DNA of 64,000 nucleotides from an uncultured Gammaproteobacteria bacterium (lineage in GTDB: Bacteria > Patescibacteriota > Microgenomatia > Daviesbacterales > UBA10151). Of this stretch, positions 48,503-59,020 are shown piece after piece (the first letter of the stretch is position 1; every line of letters starts with the position of its first letter). A model generated the notes under the pieces. The model saw only the letters and a list, made by a program, of their open reading frames with translations. It made no database searches and was not told the DNA's origin. Position numbers and translations under genes: made by a program. The stretch covers positions 41,284-105,283 of the forward strand of contig CAZGFG010000002.1 in the NCBI GenBank assembly GCA_964524895.1, written 5' to 3'.

Positions 48503-49402
48503 ATGGGTATGAAAATAACTGTAATAATAAATACCTTAAACGAAGAAAAAAACATTTCTAGGGCCATTAAGTCGGTAAATTGGGCTGATGAGGTGATTGT
48601 TTGTGATATGTATTCCCAAGACGGTACGGTTAAAATAGCAAGAAAGCTTGGGGCGAAAATCTTCTTTCATAAAAAAACAGGATATGTAGAGCCGGCCAGA
48701 AATTTTGCTATCTCTAAAGCCTCTCATGAGTGGGTTTTAGTATTAGATGCAGATGAAGAAATAGGTTTAGAGTTAGGTCAAAGATTACGAGAGTTGACAC
48801 AAAAACCAATTACTTCCGATTTTGTCAGGTTACCTCGTAAAAATATTCTTTTTGGAAAATGGATGAGGGCTACAATGTGGTGGCCTGATTATAATATCAG
48901 ATTTTTTAAAAAAGGGGCTGTTGAGTGGTCTGATCAGATACATATCCCTCCTAAAGCACATGGACAAGGCCTAGATCTACCTGAAGAGGAAAAATGGGCA
49001 ATCATCCATTACCATTATGAAACAATTAGCCAATTTATCGAAAGAATGAATCGTTATACCGATATACAAGCACAAGAATTAGCTAAGAGTGGATATAAAT
49101 TCTGCTGGGAGGATTTGATAAATAAGTCCTTAGGGGAATTTTTAAGTAGGTATTTTGCAAACAGGGGGTTTGAGGACGGATTACATGGGTTAGCACTTAG
49201 TTTGCTACAAAGCTTTTCCTTTATTACTCTTTATTTAAAAGTATGGGAAAAGGGGAAGTTTAAAGAGGAAGAGGTTCAGACTCGACAGTTAAAGTTGGTA
49301 GCTGATCAAGCAGGCGAACACTTATCATATTGGTTTAAGTACTCAAGTTTGTCTAAAAACCCCGTTAAAAGATTTTTCCAGAAGATAAAAGATAAGATTT
49401 AA
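48503..49402 (+). CDS. GT2 glycosyltransferase (WaaE/LgtF-like)
   Basis: NEE.NI..A..SV.WADEVIV.D..S.DGT, ARNFAI, WVLVLDADE, PD...RFF, HY. Confidence 0.9.
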   Translation: MGMKITVIINTLNEEKNISRAIKSVNWADEVIVCDMYSQDGTVKIARKLGAKIFFHKKTGYVEPARNFAISKASHEWVLVLDADEEIGLELGQRLRELTQKPITSDFVRLPRKNILFGKWMRATMWWPDYNIRFFKKGAVEWSDQIHIPPKAHGQGLDLPEEEKWAIIHYHYETISQFIERMNRYTDIQAQELAKSGYKFCWEDLINKSLGEFLSRYFANRGFEDGLHGLALSLLQSFSFITLYLKVWEKGKFKEEEVQTRQLKLVADQAGEHLSYWFKYSSLSKNPVKRFFQKIKDKI

Positions 49403-50247
49403 TGAAAAAAGTTGCAGTAGTAATTTTAAACTACAAGGTCGCAGACCTTACTATAAAATGTATCAGATCTGTTAAACAATCCAGTTATGAAGAATTACTA
49501 ATAATAGTTATTGATAACAATTCTAAGGATGAGTTGCCGCAGTTAATCAAAGATTTCCCCGAGGTAGTGTTTATAGAAAACCAGAGAAATTTAGGATATA
49601 CGGGTGGTAATAATGTCGGGATTAAAGAGGCATTGGATAGAAAATCAGAGTACATCTTTATATTAAACCCGGATACAACGATTGCGAAAAATACTATTAA
49701 ATCTTTGGTAGAAAAGAGTGAAACTTTTGATGCCGGTATTTCCAATCCCAAAATATACTTTGGTAATTCAAACAAGATTTGGTTTGCAGGCAAAAAGTTA
49801 GATACGGCAAATGTTTTGGGGATACATAGAGGAGTAAACGAACAAGATTTAGGACAGTACGATCGGGATGAAGAGATGGAAGATGCGACGGGTGCAGCGA
49901 TGTTGGTACGAAGGGAAGTATTTGATACAATTGGCTTGTTTGATGAGCGTTACTTCCTATATTATGAAGAAAGCGATTTCGTCTATCGAGCAAAAAAAGC
50001 GGGTTTTAAGGTTATGTATATCCCAGAGGCTGTTGTCTATCATAAAAACGCTCAATCCACAGGTTTAGGTTCAACTCTTCAGGATTATTATATTACCCGC
50101 AATAGAATGTTATTTGCAGCCAAGTTTTTGCCACTTAGAACAAGGTTCGCTTTGTTGAGGGAGGGTTTAAGAAATATAGGAAACTCTGCCAAGAGGCAGG
50201 CTTTAGTTGATTTCCTATTGGGTAAATTTGGAAAGGGGAATATCTAG
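49402..50247 (+). CDS. GT2 glycosyltransferase (rhamnosyltransferase-like)
   Basis: VILNY, IDNNS, NLGYTGGNN.GI, LNPD, TGAAML, GLFDERYFLYYEE.D, YY.TRN. Confidence 0.9.
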   Translation: MKKVAVVILNYKVADLTIKCIRSVKQSSYEELLIIVIDNNSKDELPQLIKDFPEVVFIENQRNLGYTGGNNVGIKEALDRKSEYIFILNPDTTIAKNTIKSLVEKSETFDAGISNPKIYFGNSNKIWFAGKKLDTANVLGIHRGVNEQDLGQYDRDEEMEDATGAAMLVRREVFDTIGLFDERYFLYYEESDFVYRAKKAGFKVMYIPEAVVYHKNAQSTGLGSTLQDYYITRNRMLFAAKFLPLRTRFALLREGLRNIGNSAKRQALVDFLLGKFGKGNI

Positions 50248-51051
50248 ATGGTCTCCGTAGTTATCATTACCAAAGACGAACAAGACAGGATAAAAGCTTG
50301 TTTGGAATCGGTAAAATGGGTGGATGAAATAGTGGTAATCGATAACGGATCAACGGATAAAACAATTGAAATTGCTAAAAACTATACGGATAAAGTTTAT
50401 GAGAATAAAAGTGATGATTTTTCCGAGATTAGGAATTTCGGCATGGATAAAACTCGGGGAGAATGGGTGTTATATGTAGATGCCGATGAAAGAGTATTAG
50501 AATCTCTTAAAAAAGAATTGCAAGAAATAATTCAAATTTCACGTTTATCTGCATATGCCATAGCTAGGCAAAATATTATTTTTGGTAAGAAAGTGAATTA
50601 TGGGTTATATAAAGACGATTGGGTAATCAGGCTTTTGAAGAAAGAGAATTTTGAAACTTGGGTTGGAAGAGTTCATGAATACCCCAAATTTAACGGGGAG
50701 CTGGGGTATACTAAAAATAGACTTCTCCATTTAACACATCGAGATATTGATCAATTTATTCTTAAAAGCTTGGAGTGGTCCAGAATAGATGCAAAGTTGC
50801 GCCTGGAAGCAAAGCATCCCAAGATGTCTTATTGGAGATTTTGGAGGATATTTATTAGTGAACTTTATTTTCAGGGAATAAAAAGAAAAGGGTTTTTTTC
50901 AGGAACTGTAGGAATAATAGATTCTATTTTGCAGGTGCTTTCTTTTTATATGACATATGTCAGACTTTGGCAATTACAACAATCCGAACCTTTGGACAAA
51001 GTTTACGAGGATATAGATAAGCAGTTGATAAGTAACGATTTTAAGTACTGA
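50248..51051 (+). CDS. GT2 glycosyltransferase (WaaE/LgtF-like)
   Basis: TKDE, CLESV.W.DEIVVIDNGSTD.T, FS..RN, WVLYVDADE, GRVHE. Confidence 0.9.
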   Translation: MVSVVIITKDEQDRIKACLESVKWVDEIVVIDNGSTDKTIEIAKNYTDKVYENKSDDFSEIRNFGMDKTRGEWVLYVDADERVLESLKKELQEIIQISRLSAYAIARQNIIFGKKVNYGLYKDDWVIRLLKKENFETWVGRVHEYPKFNGELGYTKNRLLHLTHRDIDQFILKSLEWSRIDAKLRLEAKHPKMSYWRFWRIFISELYFQGIKRKGFFSGTVGIIDSILQVLSFYMTYVRLWQLQQSEPLDKVYEDIDKQLISNDFKY

Positions 51052-51059
51052 TAAATAAT

Positions 51060-52139
51060 ATGAAGATCGGGATTTATTCTCCCTACCTAGATACTTTTGG
51101 TGGCGGGGAACGCTATATTTTAACCATAGCTCAAATTCTGTCGGGAAAATCAAAAGTTTATTTGTTCCTAGACAAACATCTTTCGAGTTTAAATCCGGGC
51201 CAGATGTTGGAGAACTTAAGCAGACGTTTCAACTTGAATTTATCGAGAGTGAAATTAGAAAAAGCCCCCGTAGGGGAAGGAAGTAATTTTCTACACAGAT
51301 TATTATATCTTTCTGGCTATGATTTGATATTTTATCTAACCGATGGCAGCATTTTTTTCTCTTCAGCCAAAAAAAGTATTTTGCATATCCAGACCCCGTT
51401 TAGCGGTCAGCCGTCAACAAGTTTTTGGGGGCGTATTAAATTATTAAGCTGGGAAAGGATTCTTTATAATTCTCAATTTACCAGGCAACATGCTAAACAA
51501 AATTGGCCTATCAAAGATCAAGTAGTATACCCACCTGTGGATACTTCCAATATAAAGCCCGGAAATAAGAAGAAATATATTCTTTCCGTAGGCAGGTTTT
51601 TTGGATATCTAAAAGAAAAAAAACATGAGGTCATGATTCAGGTTTTTAAGAAAATGTATAAAAGTAAAGAGATAAATGGTTGGAGTTTACATTTGGTAGG
51701 GTCTGTGACGGCAGGGGATTATGGTTATTTGGAAGAGTTAAAAAGAGATTCGGAAGACTTTCCCGTTAAATTTTATCCAAATTTAAGCTATGAGGATTTA
51801 GTAAGGCTTTATGGAGAGAGCAGTATATATTGGCATGCGGCAGGGTACAACGAAGAAGACCCAACTAAGATGGAGCATTTTGGCATAACCACGGTTGAAG
51901 CAATGGCAGGAGGATGTGTACCTGTGGTTACTAACAAAGGCGGACAGACGGAAATAGTAGAAGAAAATATTTCCGGTTTTTTATGGACGACCCCCGAAGA
52001 GTTAAGAAGGTTAACTTTAACCCTAATAACAAATTCAAACTTAATGCAACAATTTTCCAAGAATGCGCAAGAAAGAGCGGAAATTTTTAGTAAAGAAAAA
52101 TTTGAAAAAACTATCAAAGAATTGGTTTATGGCAGTTAA
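51060..52139 (+). CDS. GT4 glycosyltransferase
   Basis: GGGERY, NS.FT, VYPPVD, LSVGRF, KK, EHFGITTVEAMAGGC.PV. Confidence 0.92.
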   Translation: MKIGIYSPYLDTFGGGERYILTIAQILSGKSKVYLFLDKHLSSLNPGQMLENLSRRFNLNLSRVKLEKAPVGEGSNFLHRLLYLSGYDLIFYLTDGSIFFSSAKKSILHIQTPFSGQPSTSFWGRIKLLSWERILYNSQFTRQHAKQNWPIKDQVVYPPVDTSNIKPGNKKKYILSVGRFFGYLKEKKHEVMIQVFKKMYKSKEINGWSLHLVGSVTAGDYGYLEELKRDSEDFPVKFYPNLSYEDLVRLYGESSIYWHAAGYNEEDPTKMEHFGITTVEAMAGGCVPVVTNKGGQTEIVEENISGFLWTTPEELRRLTLTLITNSNLMQQFSKNAQERAEIFSKEKFEKTIKELVYGS

Positions 52140-53016
52140 AGTTTCCGTATTAACCGTGACTTTTAATAATGCCCAGACTATATTGGGGTATCTAGAGTCG
52201 TTATATAAATATTTGCCTAGGAATTCAGAAATCATTATTGTAGATAATAATTCTACGGATGCCACTGTAGATATAATAGAAAGCTTTAAATCTTCTCATA
52301 GAAGTAATTCAGTTGTCTTAATAAATAATAATGATAATCCCGGTTTTAGTGTAGGCAATAATCAGGCAGCCCAAAGGGCCAAGGGAGACTTTTTGCTAAT
52401 CTTAAACCCGGACATAGAAATTAAAAGAGGATCTCTTGAGAAACTGGTAAGTTTTATAGAGGATAAAACCGATGTCGGTATACTGGCACCCCGACTTATT
52501 ATGCCGGATGGCAAGATTCAAAAATCAGTAAAGAAATTGCCGACGGTTTGGAGAGTTCTTAAGCAGTACTACTTGGGAGTAAAAAATGAATATGAAGAAT
52601 ATGCACCAGGCAGTGAAGAACCTGTAGAAGTAGAAGCGGTTTATGGGGCAGCAATGTTAATTTCTAAAGAGGTATTTAGAAAGATAAGAGGGTTTGATGA
52701 AAAATACTTTATTTATTATGAAGATTTAGATTTATGTAGAAGGATTAAGGCGGTAGGGTATAAGATAGTTTATTATCCTAAAGCAACCTTTTTACATCAT
52801 ATTGGGGGGAGTAGAGTAGAGAGTAAACAATTGCCTTGGGGTCTACGGACTCTGGCAAATTTTATCCCAATTAGGGAAACAGGCAGGTTTTATCACCAGA
52901 TTGTATCCGGGAATATATACCATGGAATTTTTGTGGCATTTATAATAAGAATCTTGATTTATATAGCAGTTAAAACGAGAATATATAAAGAAAATGAATC
53001 GGTAAAATTCCTATGA
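52129..53016 (+). CDS. GT2 glycosyltransferase (WbbL/rhamnosyltransferase-like)
   Basis: VDNNSTD, N.GF..GNN, LNPD, GAAMLI, GFDEKYFIYYEDLDLC.R, H..GGS; ATG 52129 preferred. Confidence 0.9.
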   Translation: MAVKVSVLTVTFNNAQTILGYLESLYKYLPRNSEIIIVDNNSTDATVDIIESFKSSHRSNSVVLINNNDNPGFSVGNNQAAQRAKGDFLLILNPDIEIKRGSLEKLVSFIEDKTDVGILAPRLIMPDGKIQKSVKKLPTVWRVLKQYYLGVKNEYEEYAPGSEEPVEVEAVYGAAMLISKEVFRKIRGFDEKYFIYYEDLDLCRRIKAVGYKIVYYPKATFLHHIGGSRVESKQLPWGLRTLANFIPIRETGRFYHQIVSGNIYHGIFVAFIIRILIYIAVKTRIYKENESVKFL

Positions 53017-54245
53017 AGAAAATCTGGATAATCTTTACAATAGGTATAGCAGTTAGATTACTTATTGCCTTTTCAACTTTCCATCCCGATATCCAAACCT
53101 TTAATTTAGCAGGTCAAGTTATAGCAGCTGGAAATATCTTAAATTTCTATGATTACCTATCTGCCATTTCGGATACTGATCCTGTCAAACATATAGCGGT
53201 ATTCAATTACCCTCCGCTTATTTATTATTTTTTTGGTTTGTTTAATTTTATATTCGCTAACTTGCTTGGGTTGAATGCCATCAATCAATTTATTTTAGAT
53301 AATTTAGCAAATTATGGAAATTTATTATTTAACCTTCACCTGTTTCTTCTAAAAATACCTTATCTGATAGTTGACTTATTAGTTGGCTGGATATTTTTAC
53401 AATTATTTGCCCAAAAGAAGGAGAAATTATTGGCCCTTGGATTGTGGATGTTTAATCCGGTGAATTTGTATGCTACCTATATGATGGGGCAATTTGATAT
53501 AATCCCTACTTTTTTCACAGTTTTGGCAATTTATTTGGCTGTAAAAAATAAGCTTAGTTGGGCCGCTTTAGCTTTGGGGTTTGGGATAGCGTTTAAAATT
53601 TATCCAATCTTTTTATTGGTTCCGCTGATCTTACTTGGAAGAGGGTATAGGGAGAGAATAAAATTAATAATGATTTCTTTATTGCCTTATATTATTTCAA
53701 TTCTGCCATATATATCCTCAATCGGTTTTAGGACAAATGCACTATTTGCCAGCCAAAGTTCAAAAAGTCTGTATGCAAATATTCCAATCTCAGGGGGAGA
53801 ATCTTTAATACTGTTTCCTTTAATCCTGGGCTTTATATATTTACTTATGCTGAAGGAAAAAATACACAAAGAGGATATCTGGAAAAATTTTTTAATAATA
53901 CTGCTTTTGTTTTATGTATTAACTCATTTTCATCCGCAGTGGTTGATTTGGGTGACACCCTTTTTAATAATTGAGCTGGTGAATAAAAGATTCGAGAATA
54001 TATTTCCTGTATTAACTATTTTGTTTAGCTGGATAGGGTCGTTGTTCTTTTTTGATCCGTCTTTAACCATAGGTTTATTTTCACCGGTATGGCCATTCCT
54101 CAAGACTTTGCCGGGGATTTGGGAATTAATGCAGATACAAATCGATTACAATATTTCTAGAAGTTTTATACAGACTATTTTTGCTGCCTCGGCCATATAC
54201 TTAATTTATCGATATTTACCAAAGCGCGCAAATGATCCTGAATAA
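53013..54245 (+). CDS. GT87/PIG-M-like GT-C membrane glycosyltransferase, paralogue of 42846..44072
   Basis: FHPDI, NYPPL, LLKIPYL..D, WMFNP, GQFDIIP, FKIYP, HFHPQWLIW. Confidence 0.78.
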   Translation: MKKIWIIFTIGIAVRLLIAFSTFHPDIQTFNLAGQVIAAGNILNFYDYLSAISDTDPVKHIAVFNYPPLIYYFFGLFNFIFANLLGLNAINQFILDNLANYGNLLFNLHLFLLKIPYLIVDLLVGWIFLQLFAQKKEKLLALGLWMFNPVNLYATYMMGQFDIIPTFFTVLAIYLAVKNKLSWAALALGFGIAFKIYPIFLLVPLILLGRGYRERIKLIMISLLPYIISILPYISSIGFRTNALFASQSSKSLYANIPISGGESLILFPLILGFIYLLMLKEKIHKEDIWKNFLIILLLFYVLTHFHPQWLIWVTPFLIIELVNKRFENIFPVLTILFSWIGSLFFFDPSLTIGLFSPVWPFLKTLPGIWELMQIQIDYNISRSFIQTIFAASAIYLIYRYLPKRANDPE

Positions 54246-55734
54246 GCAATTCCGCCATAGTAATATCCTGTTACTCGGGATTTTCCTAGTTCTGGCCTGG
54301 TTCCTTTTTACCTATAGGATTACAGAGGTTCCTCCGGGGATAAATGGAGATGAGGCACATATAGGTTACAATGCTAAGCTGATAGCTATCACGGGGTATG
54401 ATCAGAGCGGACGATTTCTCCCTGTATTTATTTCAGATCCCCAAGGCAAGGATTGGAAACAACCAATTACCGTATATTCTACTGTACTTATTTATAAAAT
54501 ATTTGGTTCTTCTTATTTTACTCTACGTGTGGTGAGTGTAATTTATGTCCTGGTAAGTTCAGTACTTATGTTTTTCCTTCTTAAAGATATTTTAGGAACA
54601 GAACCTGCCCTTTTGGGTTTACTTGTCTTTGTAACTACCCCCGTTATTATGATTCAATCACACCTGGCTTTGGAGAATATTGCACCGCTGCCTTTTATTA
54701 TTCTCTGGATTTTCTTTTTAAATAAGTACCAAACTAATAAATACCGATTGCGTTATTTAGTTCTATCGGGAATATTTCTTGGCATAAGCGTCTATTCTTA
54801 TTTTGGTATGAGACTGATAGTCCCATCTGTGGCCTTGCTGACCATAGCCTATATCCTATTTCTGGGAAAGAAAAGAAGTACCAATATACTAAAAGATATT
54901 ACCGTCTTCTCGTTGCCTATTGTAGCTATCTTTGTATTAACGTTAATAATTAAGGACCAATATCCCGGGGCAATCTTTGGGAATAATCGACCGGGTATTC
55001 TAAGTAGTTATCAAGATTTTTTTCTTCCTTATCTTGCTAATTTCGACCCCTCTTTCTTATATATCACAGGGGATATTACACCTTATCATTCAACAGGAAA
55101 ACATGGAGTATTTCTTCTAATGACTCTTCCTATTTTTATAGTTGGCTTGTTTCAAATTATCAGAAGTAAAAATTCATTTTTACTTTTTATTCTATTGTTG
55201 TTTTTCTTAAGCCCCTTTCTATATGGGTTGGTACCTTCACTGCATCGGGGTAGCAGACTATTGGCTCTCTTACCCCTCTACAGTATAATTTCTGCAGCAG
55301 GATTGTCTTATTTAATTCAGGGCACGAAAACAATTCTAAGAAAAGCTCTCTTTTTACTAGTAATAGTACTTATTCTTCTAAATTATGGGGATTTTTTAAA
55401 TGATTATTGGTACTACTACCCAAAAAGAGTAACCTCTGATTTTGCAAAGCCCATGCATCTTGCTTTTGAAAGAGCCTTTATTGAAGTGAGTAAAAAGGGT
55501 TTTAAGCCGTATCTAGAAAGTGACTTTTATGCAGAGAATCCTATTGCTTATGATTTTTATAAAATGGCTTATTTTGAAAACCAAATAGAAAATTGGGATT
55601 TTAGTAAGGAACTGCCTAAAAGAAGTGTTTTGATAGCTAAACCCGAGATGTATGCCAGTATGGATGAAAAGAAAATTAAATATCTTAATTTAGAGACCCC
55701 CTACTTTATGCTTTTTATCAGGGAAGATGAATAA
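54232..55734 (+). CDS. GT39/83-like GT-C membrane glycosyltransferase (array member 1 of 6)
   Basis: YRI..VPPGINGDEA..GYNA, G.D..G..LP, K.P, FDPSFLY..GD...HS. Confidence 0.83.
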   Translation: MILNKQFRHSNILLLGIFLVLAWFLFTYRITEVPPGINGDEAHIGYNAKLIAITGYDQSGRFLPVFISDPQGKDWKQPITVYSTVLIYKIFGSSYFTLRVVSVIYVLVSSVLMFFLLKDILGTEPALLGLLVFVTTPVIMIQSHLALENIAPLPFIILWIFFLNKYQTNKYRLRYLVLSGIFLGISVYSYFGMRLIVPSVALLTIAYILFLGKKRSTNILKDITVFSLPIVAIFVLTLIIKDQYPGAIFGNNRPGILSSYQDFFLPYLANFDPSFLYITGDITPYHSTGKHGVFLLMTLPIFIVGLFQIIRSKNSFLLFILLLFFLSPFLYGLVPSLHRGSRLLALLPLYSIISAAGLSYLIQGTKTILRKALFLLVIVLILLNYGDFLNDYWYYYPKRVTSDFAKPMHLAFERAFIEVSKKGFKPYLESDFYAENPIAYDFYKMAYFENQIENWDFSKELPKRSVLIAKPEMYASMDEKKIKYLNLETPYFMLFIREDE

Positions 55735-57331
55735 TATTAAAAATGCACTAAATAAATATGCGGTCTTCATACTTGTCCTTAGTGTCATCTTAATTCGTTT
55801 AATAAATTTCTCCTTCCCCTTCTTTACCCCCGAGGAAGCCAGACTAGCTTATAGAGGGTATAGCTTGGCAAATAACGGGATGGATGAGTTAGGTCGAAGA
55901 TACCCTTTGGTATTTAATTCTTTAGAAGGCTATAAGCTACCTTTACCCTCATACTTAGGAGCTGTTGGAGCATTCTTATTTGGTAAATCGGAATTGGGGG
56001 CTCGGATACCCTTTATTTTCGTTGGTGTTATGATTGCCATTTTTACCTATATGATTGCAAAGACATTTAATAAGGGAGAAGATTTTCGAAAGATTAGCAT
56101 TGCGGCAGTCGGGTTTTCTCCTGTGTTGATCTATCTATCCAAAGTCCCTAATGAATTTACAGTATTAACATTACTCATACTTATACTTTTCTACGCTCTT
56201 ACGAGGAAAGACATGAACCTACTTCTAATTTTTTTGTTGATGTTGGCAGCAGTAATAACCTCTAAATTTTCCTGGCTTATCCTTACCCCTTTCACGATCC
56301 TGACTTTGGTTGTATTCCAAAAGACACAGACAAGGAAAATCAAAGTATTAACACTTCTATTTAGTGTAATTATTTCTATCGCCGCAATCCTACTTTTTTT
56401 GCAAATTCCCCAAGCAAAAAGAGATTTATCTGAAAATATGTTTCCCCTTGCCGGTGATATGTCTATAAAAAATGGGATAGAAAGATTGAGAGATCAAGGT
56501 ACCCAAGCCGGTTGGCCTCCATTGATAGAAAGACTTCTCTTCAATAAGTTAAGTTACTTACAAATTGGTTTAATGAATTGGGTGTCGGATTTGCAACTGA
56601 GCACCCTTTTTGCCAATTTTGATAAGAGTGGAAAATTAAATTATGTCGGAGTAGGAGCCTTCCCTAAAGTTTTAATCATTCCCTTTATATCAGGTCTTAT
56701 ATTAATTATAAAAAGAAGAGACCTCACCAAATATTCGTTAATTTTATATGTTTTAATTTTATCCTTACCTCTGATGTTTGCTTATAGATCACTAGAATAT
56801 GGCTCACTGGTTCTAACGCTTCCGTTTATTGCGCTGATAATTTCTCTGGGGTTAACTGCTTTTAGTAGACGACTCAAATGGATAATTTTTTCCCTGATGG
56901 TTATGGAATTGGTGCCGACATTATTTTTCTCGATGCCTCAAATTAAAAATACAAATGATACAAGACCGATTTGGATACGGCCTGTCTTGACTGCAATTTC
57001 CCAAAGCAATAATCCCGCCGTATCAGATGATTTAATCGAAGATTTAGCTCCTTTATATATGTGGTATACACTAAATCAGCCAAATTTAAGTTTTGAGAGT
57101 ATAGATTTTCCGTACAAATACAGACAAACAAAACTTGGGAAGATGCAAATAATAGGCAGCGAAACCATATTTTTGTCCTGCACTCTGGAAGAACAGAAAA
57201 ATGTTTTTTTAAGTGACAGAGATCTAAAACGGATTCCAGATAATATTGATAAGATCACTATGAAATCCTACGGTGATTATCTTGGTCGCCAAAAGGTATA
57301 CATGAATTTGGAGAAAATATGTATAAGGTAA
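55727..57331 (+). CDS. divergent GT39/83-like GT-C membrane protein (array member 2 of 6)
   Basis: IRL...PFFTPEEA...YRGYSL...G.DE.G..YP..F.....YKLP, ARIP; downstream motifs degenerate. Confidence 0.75.
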   Translation: MNNIKNALNKYAVFILVLSVILIRLINFSFPFFTPEEARLAYRGYSLANNGMDELGRRYPLVFNSLEGYKLPLPSYLGAVGAFLFGKSELGARIPFIFVGVMIAIFTYMIAKTFNKGEDFRKISIAAVGFSPVLIYLSKVPNEFTVLTLLILILFYALTRKDMNLLLIFLLMLAAVITSKFSWLILTPFTILTLVVFQKTQTRKIKVLTLLFSVIISIAAILLFLQIPQAKRDLSENMFPLAGDMSIKNGIERLRDQGTQAGWPPLIERLLFNKLSYLQIGLMNWVSDLQLSTLFANFDKSGKLNYVGVGAFPKVLIIPFISGLILIIKRRDLTKYSLILYVLILSLPLMFAYRSLEYGSLVLTLPFIALIISLGLTAFSRRLKWIIFSLMVMELVPTLFFSMPQIKNTNDTRPIWIRPVLTAISQSNNPAVSDDLIEDLAPLYMWYTLNQPNLSFESIDFPYKYRQTKLGKMQIIGSETIFLSCTLEEQKNVFLSDRDLKRIPDNIDKITMKSYGDYLGRQKVYMNLEKICIR

Positions 57332-58968
57332 GGTCAATCAAAATTATAGCCTCGATACTATCTTTGTTAACAGTAGCAGGATTTCTAAGGTTTTATCAGT
57401 TAGACAGATTTCCTGTTCAGCTAAACCATGATGAGGTTAGCCAGATCTATGATGTAATTTCAATAGCCGAGACCGGGAAAGATATATATGGTCATCCTTT
57501 CCCATTGGCATTTAAGTCAACCGGCGACTATAAACCCGGGCACTATATCTATATTTCTTTATTGCCCTATCTATTGTTCGGAGACCACGAAGCTGTAATC
57601 AGGATCCCTTCTGCTTTCTTTGGGACTTTATCTGCCATTTCAGTTTTTGTGTTTACGTTAATTATCACAAATAATGTAGGTTTGGCTTTTATTGCAGGAT
57701 TGGTTTTTGCTGTTAACCCGTCGGATATATTTTATGCCAGAAAGAGTTTTGAAAGTGTTATAGGAGTATTTTTAATGTTTTCCGGTCTTTCATTTGTACT
57801 CCAATATATCCAAGGAAAACAAATGGTAGTTTTGAAATATTTGGGAGCTACCCTTTTAGTGTTATCCATGTATGTATATACCTCTTATACATTGATAACC
57901 CCCTTAATTTTATTGCTCTTAGGATTGGTATATGGAAATAAATTGTTCAGGCGAGATAAATTGCAATCGATAGTCTTTTTAATAATTGTACTTCTACCTC
58001 TTTTGTATATAACTTTTATAAATCGTGATATTAAGTTTAGAGCAAGTTCGGTGTTTATCAGCCAGGATCCGGTTTTAGGAAGACAGCTTGATTATGTAAA
58101 GAGTGAAGGCTCTCTTGTGACGTCGCTTTTCACATACAAAGTCTATGCAGACTACGTCTTTGAAAAATTTCTTAATCAATTGAACCCGGTTCATATTTTT
58201 GTAAACGGCTTAGATTTTACTAATCAAGGCTATCTTGGTATGGGTCCTTTGATGTTTGTAGAATTACCTTTTTTTATTATCGGTTTAATTTTTCTTATAA
58301 AAAAATATAGACATCCGGATCATAAAAAGTTTTTACTGGGTTTACTGCTAATCTCTTTTTTCCCTAGTGCTATAACTTTTGAAAATTATAGTCCTCACAG
58401 ATCTGTAGTGGCGTTTTCGGTCATCACTATAATTGTAGCCTTTGGATTATATTGGGTTATTTGTGTTCTAACTAGAATAAAATCTACATTAATGAGAACA
58501 ATAATATTTTTCTCTCTTGCCGTTATCTTTTTGTTTAATCTTACCTATTTTCTCCAAATGTATACTGTGAATCTACCATACGAGAAATCTCAACACATCC
58601 ACTATCCTTATAAGGAGGTTGCCGAATTTGCATCGGCGCAGCACAGAAATTACCGACAGGTAATCGTAGATCAACTATATGGTGAGGTATGGCCTGTGCG
58701 AGCGGTAGCAGTTCAGTACTATCTAGCTTACTATGGTAATTACACTCCCGGGCAACTACAAAGGGAATATAAAGAAGAAAACGGAGTTATCTCTTTCGAT
58801 AACTTCCAGATTAGACACATTGAATGGAGTGAGGATAATAAGCTTGCGGACACCTTGCTGATTGCAAGTCCTTGGAGCATTCCTACGGAAATAACGAGCA
58901 GTAACAGGGTTATTAAGACATTTTACTTCTATGACCATACCCCTGCCTTCTATGCTATTCAGCCATAG
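57319..58968 (+). CDS. GT39/83-like GT-C membrane glycosyltransferase (array member 3 of 6)
   Basis: LRFYQL..P..LNHDEVS, ETGKD.YG..P..F.S.GDYKP, AR..FE, SPHR. Confidence 0.83.
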   Translation: MYKVRSIKIIASILSLLTVAGFLRFYQLDRFPVQLNHDEVSQIYDVISIAETGKDIYGHPFPLAFKSTGDYKPGHYIYISLLPYLLFGDHEAVIRIPSAFFGTLSAISVFVFTLIITNNVGLAFIAGLVFAVNPSDIFYARKSFESVIGVFLMFSGLSFVLQYIQGKQMVVLKYLGATLLVLSMYVYTSYTLITPLILLLLGLVYGNKLFRRDKLQSIVFLIIVLLPLLYITFINRDIKFRASSVFISQDPVLGRQLDYVKSEGSLVTSLFTYKVYADYVFEKFLNQLNPVHIFVNGLDFTNQGYLGMGPLMFVELPFFIIGLIFLIKKYRHPDHKKFLLGLLLISFFPSAITFENYSPHRSVVAFSVITIIVAFGLYWVICVLTRIKSTLMRTIIFFSLAVIFLFNLTYFLQMYTVNLPYEKSQHIHYPYKEVAEFASAQHRNYRQVIVDQLYGEVWPVRAVAVQYYLAYYGNYTPGQLQREYKEENGVISFDNFQIRHIEWSEDNKLADTLLIASPWSIPTEITSSNRVIKTFYFYDHTPAFYAIQP

Positions 58969-59020
58969 AAGAAATATTAGATTTACTGCATTTAAATAAG
59001 CTGTTAACATTAGATATGAT

